IMG/VR virus record: IMGVR_UViG_3300022555_000011
Location: 83,381-147,380 of that record
Strand: one strand, 5' to 3'
DNA length: 64,000 nucleotides
Origin: a virus
Taxonomy: Duplodnaviria > Heunggongvirae > Uroviricota > Caudoviricetes
The notes beneath the pieces are model-generated. The model did not search any database, was not told the DNA's origin, and was given only the letters and a program-made list of their open reading frames with translations. The translations under genes were made by a program, and so were the position numbers. Positions within the stretch are counted from its first letter, which is position 1. Each line of letters opens with the position of its first letter. This document shows, in pieces, positions 26,501-35,801 of this stretch.

Positions 26501-27186
26501 TAGCAACTACAACAACTGGGTATACTCAATTTAATAATTTGACATTATCAAGTGTTACTCATTTATATGTTAGTGAAACAGATAGAAACGGTGCAAATAT
26601 AGATAAATATTTAGATTCAGTTGGTGTAGGAGATTATATTAAGATTTTTTCGGAACAAGATAATACAAAATTTCATTTATTTCAATTAAGTTCTGGATTC
26701 ACAAGTGGTGCTGGAGTAGATGATATGCCAGTAACATATATAGTAGGAAATGGAACATTTGCATTAAATGAGTTGATAGGATTTTCAACTGCAACAAAAG
26801 GAAATGCTGGTACTTCTGGCACAAATGGTGTAGGTATATCCAATATTACTTTTTTATTAGCAGTAGGAACTATATTAACAACTGGTACTAATAAAGCAAG
26901 AGTTACAGTTCCATATGTAGGAACAATATTAAAAGCATATGCAAGTTCTGGAACTGGACCACAAGGTGCGGACGATATTTTTGATATATATAGAAATGGT
27001 GTGAGTATATGGAATATTACGCAATCTAACAGATTAAAAATTTTAAGTGGTCAGACCTATGGAACTCAATCATCTTTTGATATAACTTCTATTGCAGAAG
27101 GTGATATTTTATCAATAGATGTAGATCAAGTTGGTAGTACAACACCAGGTGGAGATATATCAGTTCAATTAAAAATACAAATTTAA
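23533..27186 (+). CDS. collagen-like (GXY)n repeat tail-fibre-like protein
   Basis: two long G-T-S/G-T-N/G-T-D triplet-repeat regions flanking a globular domain; SD AAGGTGA upstream. Confidence 0.7.
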   Translation: MSEWILQYEEGEPIRRKLNELKSTVDFIVASGLTYTSGTSGTSGSDGTSGTSGTSGTSGTSGTSGKDGVFLGSSGSSGLSGVDGTSGTSGTNGTDGTSGTNGTDGTSGTNGTDGTSGTNGTDGTSGTNGTNGTDGTSGTNGTNGTDGTSGTNGTDGTSGTNGTDGTSGTNGTDGTSGTNGTDGTSGTNGTNGTDGTSGTNGTNGTDGTSGTNGTNGTNGTSGTNGTSGTNGTSGTNGTSGTNGTSGTNGTSGTSGTNGTSGTNGTNGTNGTSGTNGTSGTNGTNGTSGTNGTNGTNGTSGTNGTSGTNGTNGTSGTNGTNGTSGTNGTSGTNGTNGTSGTNGTSGTNGTNGTNGTNGTSGTNGTSGTSGVGISGTNGTSGSSGISLNPNELINIQSTGVLTGGILQIPSTGSTATYFNITDGTGYIINNYTDPLNPIKTIISWSGLTGITSEFSWLDGEESNVAIDINGNVFQQVNQFTDAQRTDLIVLGTLGHYDDGGDIDYVIPEPVSITEPLVKLDSFLQMFGAFNVTGNVFYANGSNLNVSKTAGETFDNNNNYYIDKKTPSLVISDSISKCWFNYYFRSGSTWEFGDYTQSIDPNRYDTGNGLTGVTASGYTIQMIFYYAPLDNVSLNVDIQYGQKVYTSKENALADINNIVAINPYLNMDTFRGWLIVKQGATELNSDNQARFISAGKFGLVSSSTGTGVSGGITTASNIGLYGQGLFHDKLGVDLRFKNINAYSGITVIDNPSSNTLDLFLTNISTGTSGTSGTNGTSGTSGVGTNGTSGTSGVGTNGTSGTSGIGISGTNGTSGTSGTNGTSGTSGTNGTSGTSGISGTNGTSGTNGTNGTNGTSGTSGVGTNGTSGTNGTSGTSGVGTNGTSGTSGVGTNGTSGTSGVGTNGTNGTSGTSGVGTNGTSGTSGVGTSGTNGTSGTSGVGTNGTNGTSGTSGVGTNGTSGTSGVGTSGTNGTSGINGVTGGVTMLFRFSGSTLATTTTGYTQFNNLTLSSVTHLYVSETDRNGANIDKYLDSVGVGDYIKIFSEQDNTKFHLFQLSSGFTSGAGVDDMPVTYIVGNGTFALNELIGFSTATKGNAGTSGTNGVGISNITFLLAVGTILTTGTNKARVTVPYVGTILKAYASSGTGPQGADDIFDIYRNGVSIWNITQSNRLKILSGQTYGTQSSFDITSIAEGDILSIDVDQVGSTTPGGDISVQLKIQI

Positions 27187-27203
27187 AAAACAATAATAAT
27201 AAC

Positions 27204-30200
27204 ATGGCAAAGCAATGGAGCACAATAGATTTTACAGAGTCGTATACAACAGGAAATACATATGATTCAACAAAAAATAGTATTTTTGGAGGTTTGGAAG
27301 TTACTAATGGTGTAATTCGAGTACCATTACCAAGGGTAATTCCATATCTTGAACAAGGTAATGGCGCATTACTAGCCAACTCCGTATATGCTGATTCAAA
27401 TTATATTTATACAGTTACTACAATGGCTACTGGTTTAACAGTTAGAGTAAACAGATGGAATAAAAAAACACAGATTTGGGCTGGATACATTATTATGACT
27501 TTATCTAAAGCATCAGAAATAAATACTTGTAGAGATATTTGGGTTAATTCTGGTTCTACAGAAGTGATTGTTGGTTTTACAGCAGCAACTGCATTACAAG
27601 GTGGACTTGCTTGGGTTTATGGACTTACTACAAATGATTGGGCTGGTGTAACTTTGCTTGCTGGTATTAATACAATTGCACCAAGAATGTGTTATTTAAT
27701 TAGATCAGGTGTTATTGATAGAACAGTTGTTGTTGGTTCTGGTACTAACTTTCAGTCTTATTCAACTCAAAACGGTACAACACTTGCTACACAAGCAGGT
27801 GCTGCTACATATACAGTTGCAACAGCAATTTATGCTACATCAGGATGGGCTGTTGCTTATGGAGGAGGATTATGGGTTTCAGCAGGTGAAGGAACAAACT
27901 CATTAGCTTGGTCTTATGATGGTATAACTTGGACAGCGATTGCTTCTGGTGTTGGTAACTTTTCTACAAGAGGTAGAGGTGTGTGTTATGGTGAAATTCC
28001 TGGAGTTGGTGGTAGATGGGTTGCTGTTGGTGTAGGTACAAACTCTATTATTTATTCTAATGATGGTGTAAACTGGGTTATTCCCGCACAAGGTATTACG
28101 GCTACTGGTGTGTTCACTACTGGCGCATATGGTGTGTGCTGGGATGGTACAAATTTCTGGGCAGTTGGTCAAGGTACAAATACATTAGCATCATCACCTG
28201 ATGGTATAAACTGGACTGGCTATGGTCAAGCTGCTGATGGTGGCGCAAATCACTCTCCATTCTCAACCGCAGGTTATGGCATTGCATATAATGGTAGTCA
28301 ATATGTTGCAATGGGAATTGGTGGTATGACAATGGCATATTCTTCTAATGGTACTCAATGGACAGCATGTGCTTCACCTCCATTTACACAAGGAAACGCT
28401 GTGTGTTGGGGTGCACAAGTAGGTAATATAGTTACACCAGGTACAGCAATTACACCAAGATGGTGTGCTGTTGGTATTGGAGCATCACATACAATAGCTT
28501 GGTCAACAGATGGTATTAACTGGACTGGTGCTGGTGTTACAATGTTTCCAGCAATTTCTGGTGGTAATGGTGTATGTTTTAATGGTACAGTATTTACAGC
28601 AGTAGGTACTAAGGGCGCTGGTTCATTTACTGCGGCATATTCACATGATTGTGTGACTTGGAACGGTGTTTTAACTAATTTACCTCAGTTAATTGGACAA
28701 GCAGTTGGATGTAGTCCTGCTCCTAATATGTATCCTGCTAAAGTTGGATCTACAAATAATGTACTTTCAACTATTTCTAATATTGCATTGGATAATACAA
28801 ATAATACTGGTGTGAATAATGGTAATTGTAAAGTATATATAATACAGTCAACAAATTCTGTTGCTGCTCCTGCACTAACTTTATTAGATTTGAGTTCAGG
28901 ATTAACTTCACAAAATGGAATTATAACTGTTCCAGATACTTCAAGATTTAGTTCTGCAATTATGACATCAGAATATGCTTCTAACTTACCATCTGCTACT
29001 GTTTCACAGATTACAATTGCGTCACCAGGTGCTAATCATCCTGTTGGTATTTCAGGAGTCACTGCTTTATTCCTTACTCGTGGGACTGCGGCTGCAAGAG
29101 TCGGAAGAGTTGTTATAAGTAGATTTACTGCGGCAACGCCAACTACAAGAAGATCAAGACTTAATAATACCGCAACATTAACATTTGCTTCACACAACTT
29201 TACTGTTAACCAAAGAGTTATTGTTTATGGATTTACTGGTGTTAGTGGTGTGACTTATAATAATGGTGGATTTGGAAAAGAACCAGGTATTCAAGTAGTT
29301 ATAACATTTGCTAATGCAACAACGATTCAATATGTAAATATTGGACCTAACGAAGCTGATATGCCTGATACAAATGGAAGAGTAATCGCAACATTAATTG
29401 GTGAAGATGATTATATAACTGATATTCCACCATTAGGTGCAACAATTCAACAGCCTGTAAATAACTGGGCAGGACTTGCATATGATTCGTTTAATGATTA
29501 TTTTATAATTTTAAGTAATGGTTCATTTAGAAATTATAGGGGAATTTATAATCCAGGTTTACCATTAGAAAGATTTTGGGGTATAGTAAATTTTGAAACT
29601 AATCCAATTGCTGGTGCATATTTACCTGCTGTAGCTGCAACGATGCTTTCTGTGAGAATTGGCTATGCTGATAGAACATTAATAGTACCAAGACAAGGTT
29701 TGACTGCCGCCGTTCCAGCTGCTCAACAATTATTATTAATAGAAGTTGGAGCACAAGGATCTTATGTTATAACAAAAGAAATTCTCACAACTAATGCGAC
29801 TGCTTTTTATAGAGTATATACATCTGAAAAAAGAGGTGGTAGTGGAAGTTATTCAAAAGAAAGATATGATATTTATTATAGAACAACTGGTATTTCTGAT
29901 AATTCAGGTGCATGGACTATAATTAATGACGAAGCATCTTTATATAATGTGACAGCGGCGGCTTCAATTCAGTTTAAGATAGTTTTTGATATACTTAATT
30001 GGACTTGTATTTCACCTGAGATTACTTCACTGGGCTTAACTTGGGAAGATGGTGTTACTTCTGATAGTCATTATCAACCATCAGTTGGTAAATCATCAGT
30101 GTCAGGTAAACAGTTTGCTTGGAAATTCGCTACACCTTTTGCACTTTCTGGAGGTACTATTCCAAATTTAAGAGTTAGATTATATGATGCTGTTTCTGGT

Positions 30201-30389
30201 GTTATGCAATGTGATGATAATACTGATACTAATCCAGCTTCTGGTAGTTTTCAAATAACAACTAATGATGGCGCTAACTGGACTAACTGGACAAATGCAG
30301 ATAAAGGAAATGAAACTACTTATTTGAGATATACACCTGCTTCAACGGCAAATAATATAATAATTAAGGCAGTATTAACATTATTATAA
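27204..30389 (+). CDS. BNR/Asp-box beta-propeller protein (tail fibre / receptor-binding candidate)
   Basis: repeated S-x-D-G-x-x-W-T motifs (SYDGITWT, SNDGVNWV, SPDGINWT, STDGINWT, SSNGTQWT). Confidence 0.6.
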   Translation: MAKQWSTIDFTESYTTGNTYDSTKNSIFGGLEVTNGVIRVPLPRVIPYLEQGNGALLANSVYADSNYIYTVTTMATGLTVRVNRWNKKTQIWAGYIIMTLSKASEINTCRDIWVNSGSTEVIVGFTAATALQGGLAWVYGLTTNDWAGVTLLAGINTIAPRMCYLIRSGVIDRTVVVGSGTNFQSYSTQNGTTLATQAGAATYTVATAIYATSGWAVAYGGGLWVSAGEGTNSLAWSYDGITWTAIASGVGNFSTRGRGVCYGEIPGVGGRWVAVGVGTNSIIYSNDGVNWVIPAQGITATGVFTTGAYGVCWDGTNFWAVGQGTNTLASSPDGINWTGYGQAADGGANHSPFSTAGYGIAYNGSQYVAMGIGGMTMAYSSNGTQWTACASPPFTQGNAVCWGAQVGNIVTPGTAITPRWCAVGIGASHTIAWSTDGINWTGAGVTMFPAISGGNGVCFNGTVFTAVGTKGAGSFTAAYSHDCVTWNGVLTNLPQLIGQAVGCSPAPNMYPAKVGSTNNVLSTISNIALDNTNNTGVNNGNCKVYIIQSTNSVAAPALTLLDLSSGLTSQNGIITVPDTSRFSSAIMTSEYASNLPSATVSQITIASPGANHPVGISGVTALFLTRGTAAARVGRVVISRFTAATPTTRRSRLNNTATLTFASHNFTVNQRVIVYGFTGVSGVTYNNGGFGKEPGIQVVITFANATTIQYVNIGPNEADMPDTNGRVIATLIGEDDYITDIPPLGATIQQPVNNWAGLAYDSFNDYFIILSNGSFRNYRGIYNPGLPLERFWGIVNFETNPIAGAYLPAVAATMLSVRIGYADRTLIVPRQGLTAAVPAAQQLLLIEVGAQGSYVITKEILTTNATAFYRVYTSEKRGGSGSYSKERYDIYYRTTGISDNSGAWTIINDEASLYNVTAAASIQFKIVFDILNWTCISPEITSLGLTWEDGVTSDSHYQPSVGKSSVSGKQFAWKFATPFALSGGTIPNLRVRLYDAVSGVMQCDDNTDTNPASGSFQITTNDGANWTNWTNADKGNETTYLRYTPASTANNIIIKAVLTLL

Positions 30390-30404
30390 AAATAAATATA
30401 AAAT

Positions 30405-30629
30405 ATGATACATAATCTAAAAATAGATAGGGATGCATTTATAGCAATTGTTGATGGTAGAAGAAAATTTGATTTTAGACCTAATGATAGAATATATGAT
30501 ATTGGTGATACAATAATTCATAGTGATGAAATTAATAATACTTGTGAGAGTGTTATCACGTATATTATGTATGATAGTCCTCTTTTATCTTTAAGTGGAT
30601 TTATAATAATATCAATTGAATTGAAATAA
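30405..30629 (+). CDS. hypothetical small protein
   Basis: ORF track. Confidence 0.35.
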   Translation: MIHNLKIDRDAFIAIVDGRRKFDFRPNDRIYDIGDTIIHSDEINNTCESVITYIMYDSPLLSLSGFIIISIELK

Positions 30630-30631
30630 TT

Positions 30632-30841
30632 ATGGCAATATCTGATATAGTATATACAGAATCTGATTATTTTATAATGGAATTGACTGGTATCACTGGT
30701 ACGGTAAATGATATTGTATTTGATAATCCATTAATAGATGAAATAATAGGCGTAAATGGTACTGCAAATGATGTTTTATTCGATGATAATACAGTAAGTG
30801 AGATACCAAATGTTTTGATTACTGATTTTGGCTTTATATAA
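30632..30841 (+). CDS. hypothetical small protein
   Basis: ORF track. Confidence 0.35.
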   Translation: MAISDIVYTESDYFIMELTGITGTVNDIVFDNPLIDEIIGVNGTANDVLFDDNTVSEIPNVLITDFGFI

Positions 30842-30912
30842 AAATAAAAAATAGAGTTACTTTTGATGGAATCAATGTATAAATTATAAATTAAAGTTTT
30901 AATATATACTTT

Positions 30913-31623
30913 ATGGAGTATTTAAAAACTTTTGAGTCTTATAATGATGATTTAATTTTAGAAAGATTGGATCTTCAGCCATTATTGAATTTATTAAAAT
31001 CATCAGTAAATAAAAATGCTATTGCAACATTAATTGTTGGTAGTTTATTGGCTGTATCAAGTGTTGCACAAGCAACTAATTTTATAGAAAATAGAACAGA
31101 TTTGGATCATAAAGATAAAGTTGTATTAGTTCAAGCTATTAAAAAATATCATGATCCATTAACATTGAGATTAAGTCATTCTGGTTGGGATCATATAAGA
31201 AAGCACGAAAAATTAAAATTGCAGGCGTATTCAATTGGTGATGGAATGATTACTATTGGATATGGTCATGCACTACCAGTTGATGAGTCTAAATATAAAG
31301 TTGGAGATAAGATTTCTGTTAAAACTGCAAATAATTTATTTATTCAGGATATGAATGTTGCAGCTAAGGGTGTTAAAAGAATATTTGAAGAATGGAAAGA
31401 GCAGGGTATTAATATTAAACTTACTCAAAATCAATATGATGTGCTTGTGAGTTTGGCATACAATCTTGGTGTCACCGATTTACGAACAAGTAATTTCATT
31501 CAATTTATTAAGGAAAATAAACTTACTAGAGCTGCTAAGCAAATTAGAATTACTGGTATCAGTGAAAAATTTCCTGGATTGGAGAAGAGAAGATTAGAAG
31601 AATATAAAATGTTTATATCTTAA
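30913..31623 (+). CDS. GH24 (T4-type) lysozyme with CTS-like N-terminus and signal/anchor segment
   Basis: MEYLKTFESYND; AIATLIVGSLLAVSSVAQA; E..11..D.GMITIGYGH; QYDVLVSLAYNLG. Confidence 0.7.
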   Translation: MEYLKTFESYNDDLILERLDLQPLLNLLKSSVNKNAIATLIVGSLLAVSSVAQATNFIENRTDLDHKDKVVLVQAIKKYHDPLTLRLSHSGWDHIRKHEKLKLQAYSIGDGMITIGYGHALPVDESKYKVGDKISVKTANNLFIQDMNVAAKGVKRIFEEWKEQGINIKLTQNQYDVLVSLAYNLGVTDLRTSNFIQFIKENKLTRAAKQIRITGISEKFPGLEKRRLEEYKMFIS

Positions 31624-31755
31624 AATCGTTTTCGAGAATATCCTTGATTATAATGATTTTTAAATAGGTCTCCAAGTAATCCTTTAGAATGTGCTGCGTT
31701 CTTCCGTCCAATAATTACGACTTTCAAATGTTTTTAGATATTTCATTTATATCTC

Positions 31756-32049
31756 TTAAATATTAAATTTTATTGTTTGTAATTTTAATTTAAAATTATC
31801 AATTTCTTCTGTTGTTAATTTTCTTTCAATTGAAGTTCCAGGTGTATCATCATAATATTCTTTTATTCCATTTTCTTTTAGTAAGATGAAAGTGTGCATA
31901 TTTATAATATCAAGTTTATAATCTTTTCTATATTTAATTGTTACAATTTTTCCTGGTATATAATTTGATTTATAATTTTTAATTAAAACATAATCATTTT
32001 CTTTGTAAATCTGAAATTCTATTTCTTCAAATGTTTTTAGGTATTTCAT
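31756..32049 (-). CDS. CTS/KYNI family small protein
   Basis: MKYLKTFEEIEF ... TIKFNI. Confidence 0.5.
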   Translation of the reverse strand: MKYLKTFEEIEFQIYKENDYVLIKNYKSNYIPGKIVTIKYRKDYKLDIINMHTFILLKENGIKEYYDDTPGTSIERKLTTEEIDNFKLKLQTIKFNI

Positions 32050-32405
32050 AGATTATATTTTATTAATGTTTCTAATTCTTTATCATCGTCAGAATAAGCT
32101 ACGACATCACTATATTGAAATGAATGATAGTATAATGGGTTATTTTTATCCATTTGAGAATTACCCCAAGATGAAAAATGATTTAAAATATTATTTGGTA
32201 TATTTTTATACTTAACATGAATAAAAATAGATTTTGTATCTATAATTTTTCCTATATTAGTATTTATAAATTTTTCAAATTCTGTATAATTAGATGAAAA
32301 ATTATTACGTTCTCTGCATTTTATTATGACATAATCACAATCTTTCGGTCTATTACTTCTATTAAATGAGAATACAACTTCTTCAAACTGTTTTAGATGT
32401 TTCAT
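32046..32405 (-). CDS. CTS/KYNI family small protein
   Basis: MKHLKQFEEVVF ... LIKYNL. Confidence 0.5.
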   Translation of the reverse strand: MKHLKQFEEVVFSFNRSNRPKDCDYVIIKCRERNNFSSNYTEFEKFINTNIGKIIDTKSIFIHVKYKNIPNNILNHFSSWGNSQMDKNNPLYYHSFQYSDVVAYSDDDKELETLIKYNL

Positions 32406-33499
32406 AGATTAAATTTATTTGAAATTTGTTTTAATTTTACAGTTTCTCTATTTTTTAATCTTTGTTCATTGGTTCTTTTTAATTTATCAACGAATTTTTT
32501 AACAAAGTCTTCAACAGAAATATTTTCTCCAGAATCATATCTAGATACTAAATTACCATTTCTGAATTCATTTGTTCTTGGATTATTTTTTATACTACGA
32601 ACTTGTACAATAAATTTTGTGTTATATCTGTAAATTCCTCTATTTATAGTTTCAATACTAAATATTTTACATCCATAATCATCATCTAATAGGAATATTG
32701 TTTCCTCTACACAAAGACTTGATGATGTTTCTTTTAAATGTTTTGAAAATTCTTCTTGAATTTTTTCTTTTAATTTATCTTTTTCTTCTTGTTCTAAATA
32801 ATTTTCTCTTTCGATTGGATTAGATGAATCTTTTCTAGGATACTGCATAGATTCGTTTTTAATGAATTTTTTAAATTTAGTGAATATTCCTTGTTTTTGA
32901 GAGTCAGTACCGAAAGAAAATTGAGTTTTTTGTTCTGATTTATAAGGTTCTGTAATGTCTAGAATTACAGGAGGTTTTTTATTACTATATAGTTGACTTT
33001 TTGAATAATTATAAAAATCAAATTGCGGATTTTTTCTTTTTATTTTTTTAAGTAAATCTTCTGTTATTTTTTCATTTTTTTTACTAAGATCATTATAATT
33101 TTCTGTAGATATACCAATTGCAAATGCATTTTCATTTCTTAATCTATAAAAGAAAACAAATTTTGTATTAAGGTCATATATTCTACTACCTTTTTCTACC
33201 AGCTCTAATGCTTCTCCCATTGTGCTATGATAAAATGACATATTTCTTTGTGCAACATATAAATCACCATCAGATGTTCCAATAGCTCTTACATTATCTT
33301 CAAAATTTTTTAGTGTTTTAGGATTTTTGAATAGTGCTATTTTTTTATCATAAGGATCTTTAACATATGCAACTGGCGGTATTTTAGAGATATAGTTTTG
33401 ATATTTATATTCAAAATCTTTATTAGGATTTTCAAAATAAAATCTTTTTTCTGCATATTCGTCAGCTACACCTTCATTAAATTTTTTAATATGATTCAT
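32402..33499 (-). CDS. CTS/KYNI family protein (365 aa)
   Basis: MNHIKKFNEGVAD ... ISNKFNL. Confidence 0.5.
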   Translation of the reverse strand: MNHIKKFNEGVADEYAEKRFYFENPNKDFEYKYQNYISKIPPVAYVKDPYDKKIALFKNPKTLKNFEDNVRAIGTSDGDLYVAQRNMSFYHSTMGEALELVEKGSRIYDLNTKFVFFYRLRNENAFAIGISTENYNDLSKKNEKITEDLLKKIKRKNPQFDFYNYSKSQLYSNKKPPVILDITEPYKSEQKTQFSFGTDSQKQGIFTKFKKFIKNESMQYPRKDSSNPIERENYLEQEEKDKLKEKIQEEFSKHLKETSSSLCVEETIFLLDDDYGCKIFSIETINRGIYRYNTKFIVQVRSIKNNPRTNEFRNGNLVSRYDSGENISVEDFVKKFVDKLKRTNEQRLKNRETVKLKQISNKFNL

Positions 33500-33786
33500 A
33501 TATTATATTTAGCTAAATTTTTTTTGTATTCAAATTTGAATATTTCTTTCGGTTTTAGTTTTCTTTTTATTTCAGTATCGACATTATTAAGAGTTACTAA
33601 TTTGTTTTTATCTAAATCAAAAACTTCAATTTTATATTGAACCTTGTTTTGCCCATATAAATATTGTAATCCAATTACTTTTGCATAATGATCGTATGGA
33701 GTTCCACCATCAAAATATACATAACTATAATTATATTTTACAGGTATGTGTGGTATACTAGTTTCAAACATTTTTAAATATTTCAT
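33496..33786 (-). CDS. CTS/KYNI family small protein
   Basis: MKYLKMFETS ... NLAKYNI. Confidence 0.5.
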   Translation of the reverse strand: MKYLKMFETSIPHIPVKYNYSYVYFDGGTPYDHYAKVIGLQYLYGQNKVQYKIEVFDLDKNKLVTLNNVDTEIKRKLKPKEIFKFEYKKNLAKYNI

Positions 33787-34073
33787 ACATTATATTTATT
33801 AATTCTCTCTTCATAATCATATTTCTCTATTTCTTCTGATGTTAATAACCTAACTATTTCTTTTTCTTGTATTGCATCTTCCTCACCATTCGGATATTTA
33901 ATATAATATGGAGACTCACTAAATCTTGAATAATCTATATCAATTATTTTTGCAAGGGAATGTGGTGGAATACTTAGATTGTTTAAGTTTTTTGTTAGTA
34001 ACTTAACATTTATCAAAATATAATCATTAATCTTATATCTTCTATATGCTTCAAACTTTTTTAAATATTTCAT
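33783..34073 (-). CDS. CTS/KYNI family small protein
   Basis: MKYLKKFEAYRR ... RINKYNV. Confidence 0.5.
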   Translation of the reverse strand: MKYLKKFEAYRRYKINDYILINVKLLTKNLNNLSIPPHSLAKIIDIDYSRFSESPYYIKYPNGEEDAIQEKEIVRLLTSEEIEKYDYEERINKYNV

Positions 34074-34118
34074 ATAATATCTATATATAATTTTTTATGT
34101 ATAAAAAAATGATTACAT

Positions 34119-34835
34119 TTGCATATGATGACACGATTACAAGAATACTTTGAAGATCAAATTAGAATTTTTAATGAACATCATTCCAGATTGCTCATAG
34201 ATGTGACTGAGGAAGATATTCATAAGATAAGAACTACACTTAAAAGACTGAAAAATTTTAACATCTTACTAGATGGCTTACTTTTCAGAGATAAGGATTT
34301 CCCCACGGGCTTTACTAATTTATTTAAACTGTCAGGTGAGATCAGAGATATTCAAATCCAGCAAAAGATTTTAGCAGATTATAAAGATCCTTATCAATTA
34401 TATCTTTCTGAAATGCTTGAAAAGAAACTAGAGCTTTTTAAGATTAAAGAAAGCTTTCAAGAAGAATTTAAACATTTGAGTGATAAATTGGATCGAATAG
34501 AGGAATTTCATATTGATGAACAAATCCTAGCAAATGTTAATTCTAGAGTGGAGATTGGACTGTCTGATATTTGCAATATAGAAATTACACCAACAAATTT
34601 GCATGAGATAAGAATCAGATTAAAGAGAATTTATTATACTCTTTTAATGTTGGATGAAAAGTCTAAGATTAATAAGATAGATGATATTCAGGAAACAATC
34701 GGATTGTGGCATGACCATGATGTTACTATTGAGAGAATAACTGAATTTGATAATGATTTAGAAATAATTGATTCTTTATCAAAGAAAAGAGATGATTTTT
34801 ATAAAAAATCTTTAGAATTACTTAAAGAATTATAA
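34119..34835 (+). CDS. hypothetical protein
   Basis: 238-aa ORF. Confidence 0.5.
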   Translation: MHMMTRLQEYFEDQIRIFNEHHSRLLIDVTEEDIHKIRTTLKRLKNFNILLDGLLFRDKDFPTGFTNLFKLSGEIRDIQIQQKILADYKDPYQLYLSEMLEKKLELFKIKESFQEEFKHLSDKLDRIEEFHIDEQILANVNSRVEIGLSDICNIEITPTNLHEIRIRLKRIYYTLLMLDEKSKINKIDDIQETIGLWHDHDVTIERITEFDNDLEIIDSLSKKRDDFYKKSLELLKEL

Positions 34836-35765
34836 TTACATACTTATTTTATCTAGTTCTGAAATTTTATTCCAATCTATTGCTAATAAAAATTCTATAT
34901 CATCTGTTGACGGCCTTACTGTTGATATGTATTTAATAAACAATTCATTATCAACTGGACTATTCATATCCTTAATATATCCTTTTTTTACCATATAACT
35001 TTTAAATGTTTTCCATCTAGCGAATATTTCTGGCGCTGATGATAAATATTCAATATGATTTATTGTTTTATCAGATAAATCCTTAATTAATTTTTTTATT
35101 TCTTGACCACTTTTATTAAATCTTGCGCCAAAAATAGATGCATATTTCCTATGTATATAATTTTCATCTTTATCTTTTACACTTTTATCAATAAATTGAG
35201 GTAGATTTAATTCTACACTTAAATCACCTTTTTGACCTAATAAAGCATCTACGTAGTGATAAATTTCATGAACTAATGTATTAACTAAATCATCATCATT
35301 TTCATACATTTTATTAACAATAATTATATTTTCAGTTGAAGTTTTATTTAGTTTAAATAATGGATAATAAATTGGATTTCTGCCCATTGATTTTTCAAGA
35401 TCGCCAAGTTTCATATACAATGCAACAGTAGTTTTTTTAAGTATGTTTTTGCCAGTTGGATTAGCAAATTTTATTGTTATATTTCTCAATGAATCTAGAA
35501 TGTATGATTTTACATCAGATTTAAATCTTGGTGAAATTTTAATTTGTTCTATGATGTTTGTTTTTAGACTATCTATTTGGTGTTTTTGATCAGATGTGCC
35601 GTCATATGATGCTGAGTTGACTATTGTATATAAATTGTTTATCTCACTGTAATTATTAACTGTAGTATAACCAGCATATAACATAGTTAAGTACATTGCA
35701 ACATCCCAAAATTTTATCTTTTCATCTATATGTTCATATTGAGTAAATTCTTTAATGTATTTCAT
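34836..35765 (-). CDS. CTS-tagged HExxH zinc-metallopeptidase-like protein
   Basis: MKYIKEFTQYEH N-term; LVHEIYHYVDA. Confidence 0.5.
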   Translation of the reverse strand: MKYIKEFTQYEHIDEKIKFWDVAMYLTMLYAGYTTVNNYSEINNLYTIVNSASYDGTSDQKHQIDSLKTNIIEQIKISPRFKSDVKSYILDSLRNITIKFANPTGKNILKKTTVALYMKLGDLEKSMGRNPIYYPLFKLNKTSTENIIIVNKMYENDDDLVNTLVHEIYHYVDALLGQKGDLSVELNLPQFIDKSVKDKDENYIHRKYASIFGARFNKSGQEIKKLIKDLSDKTINHIEYLSSAPEIFARWKTFKSYMVKKGYIKDMNSPVDNELFIKYISTVRPSTDDIEFLLAIDWNKISELDKISM

Positions 35766-35801
35766 ATAATATATATTAAAAAAAATTATAAAAAAAGAGA
35801 T

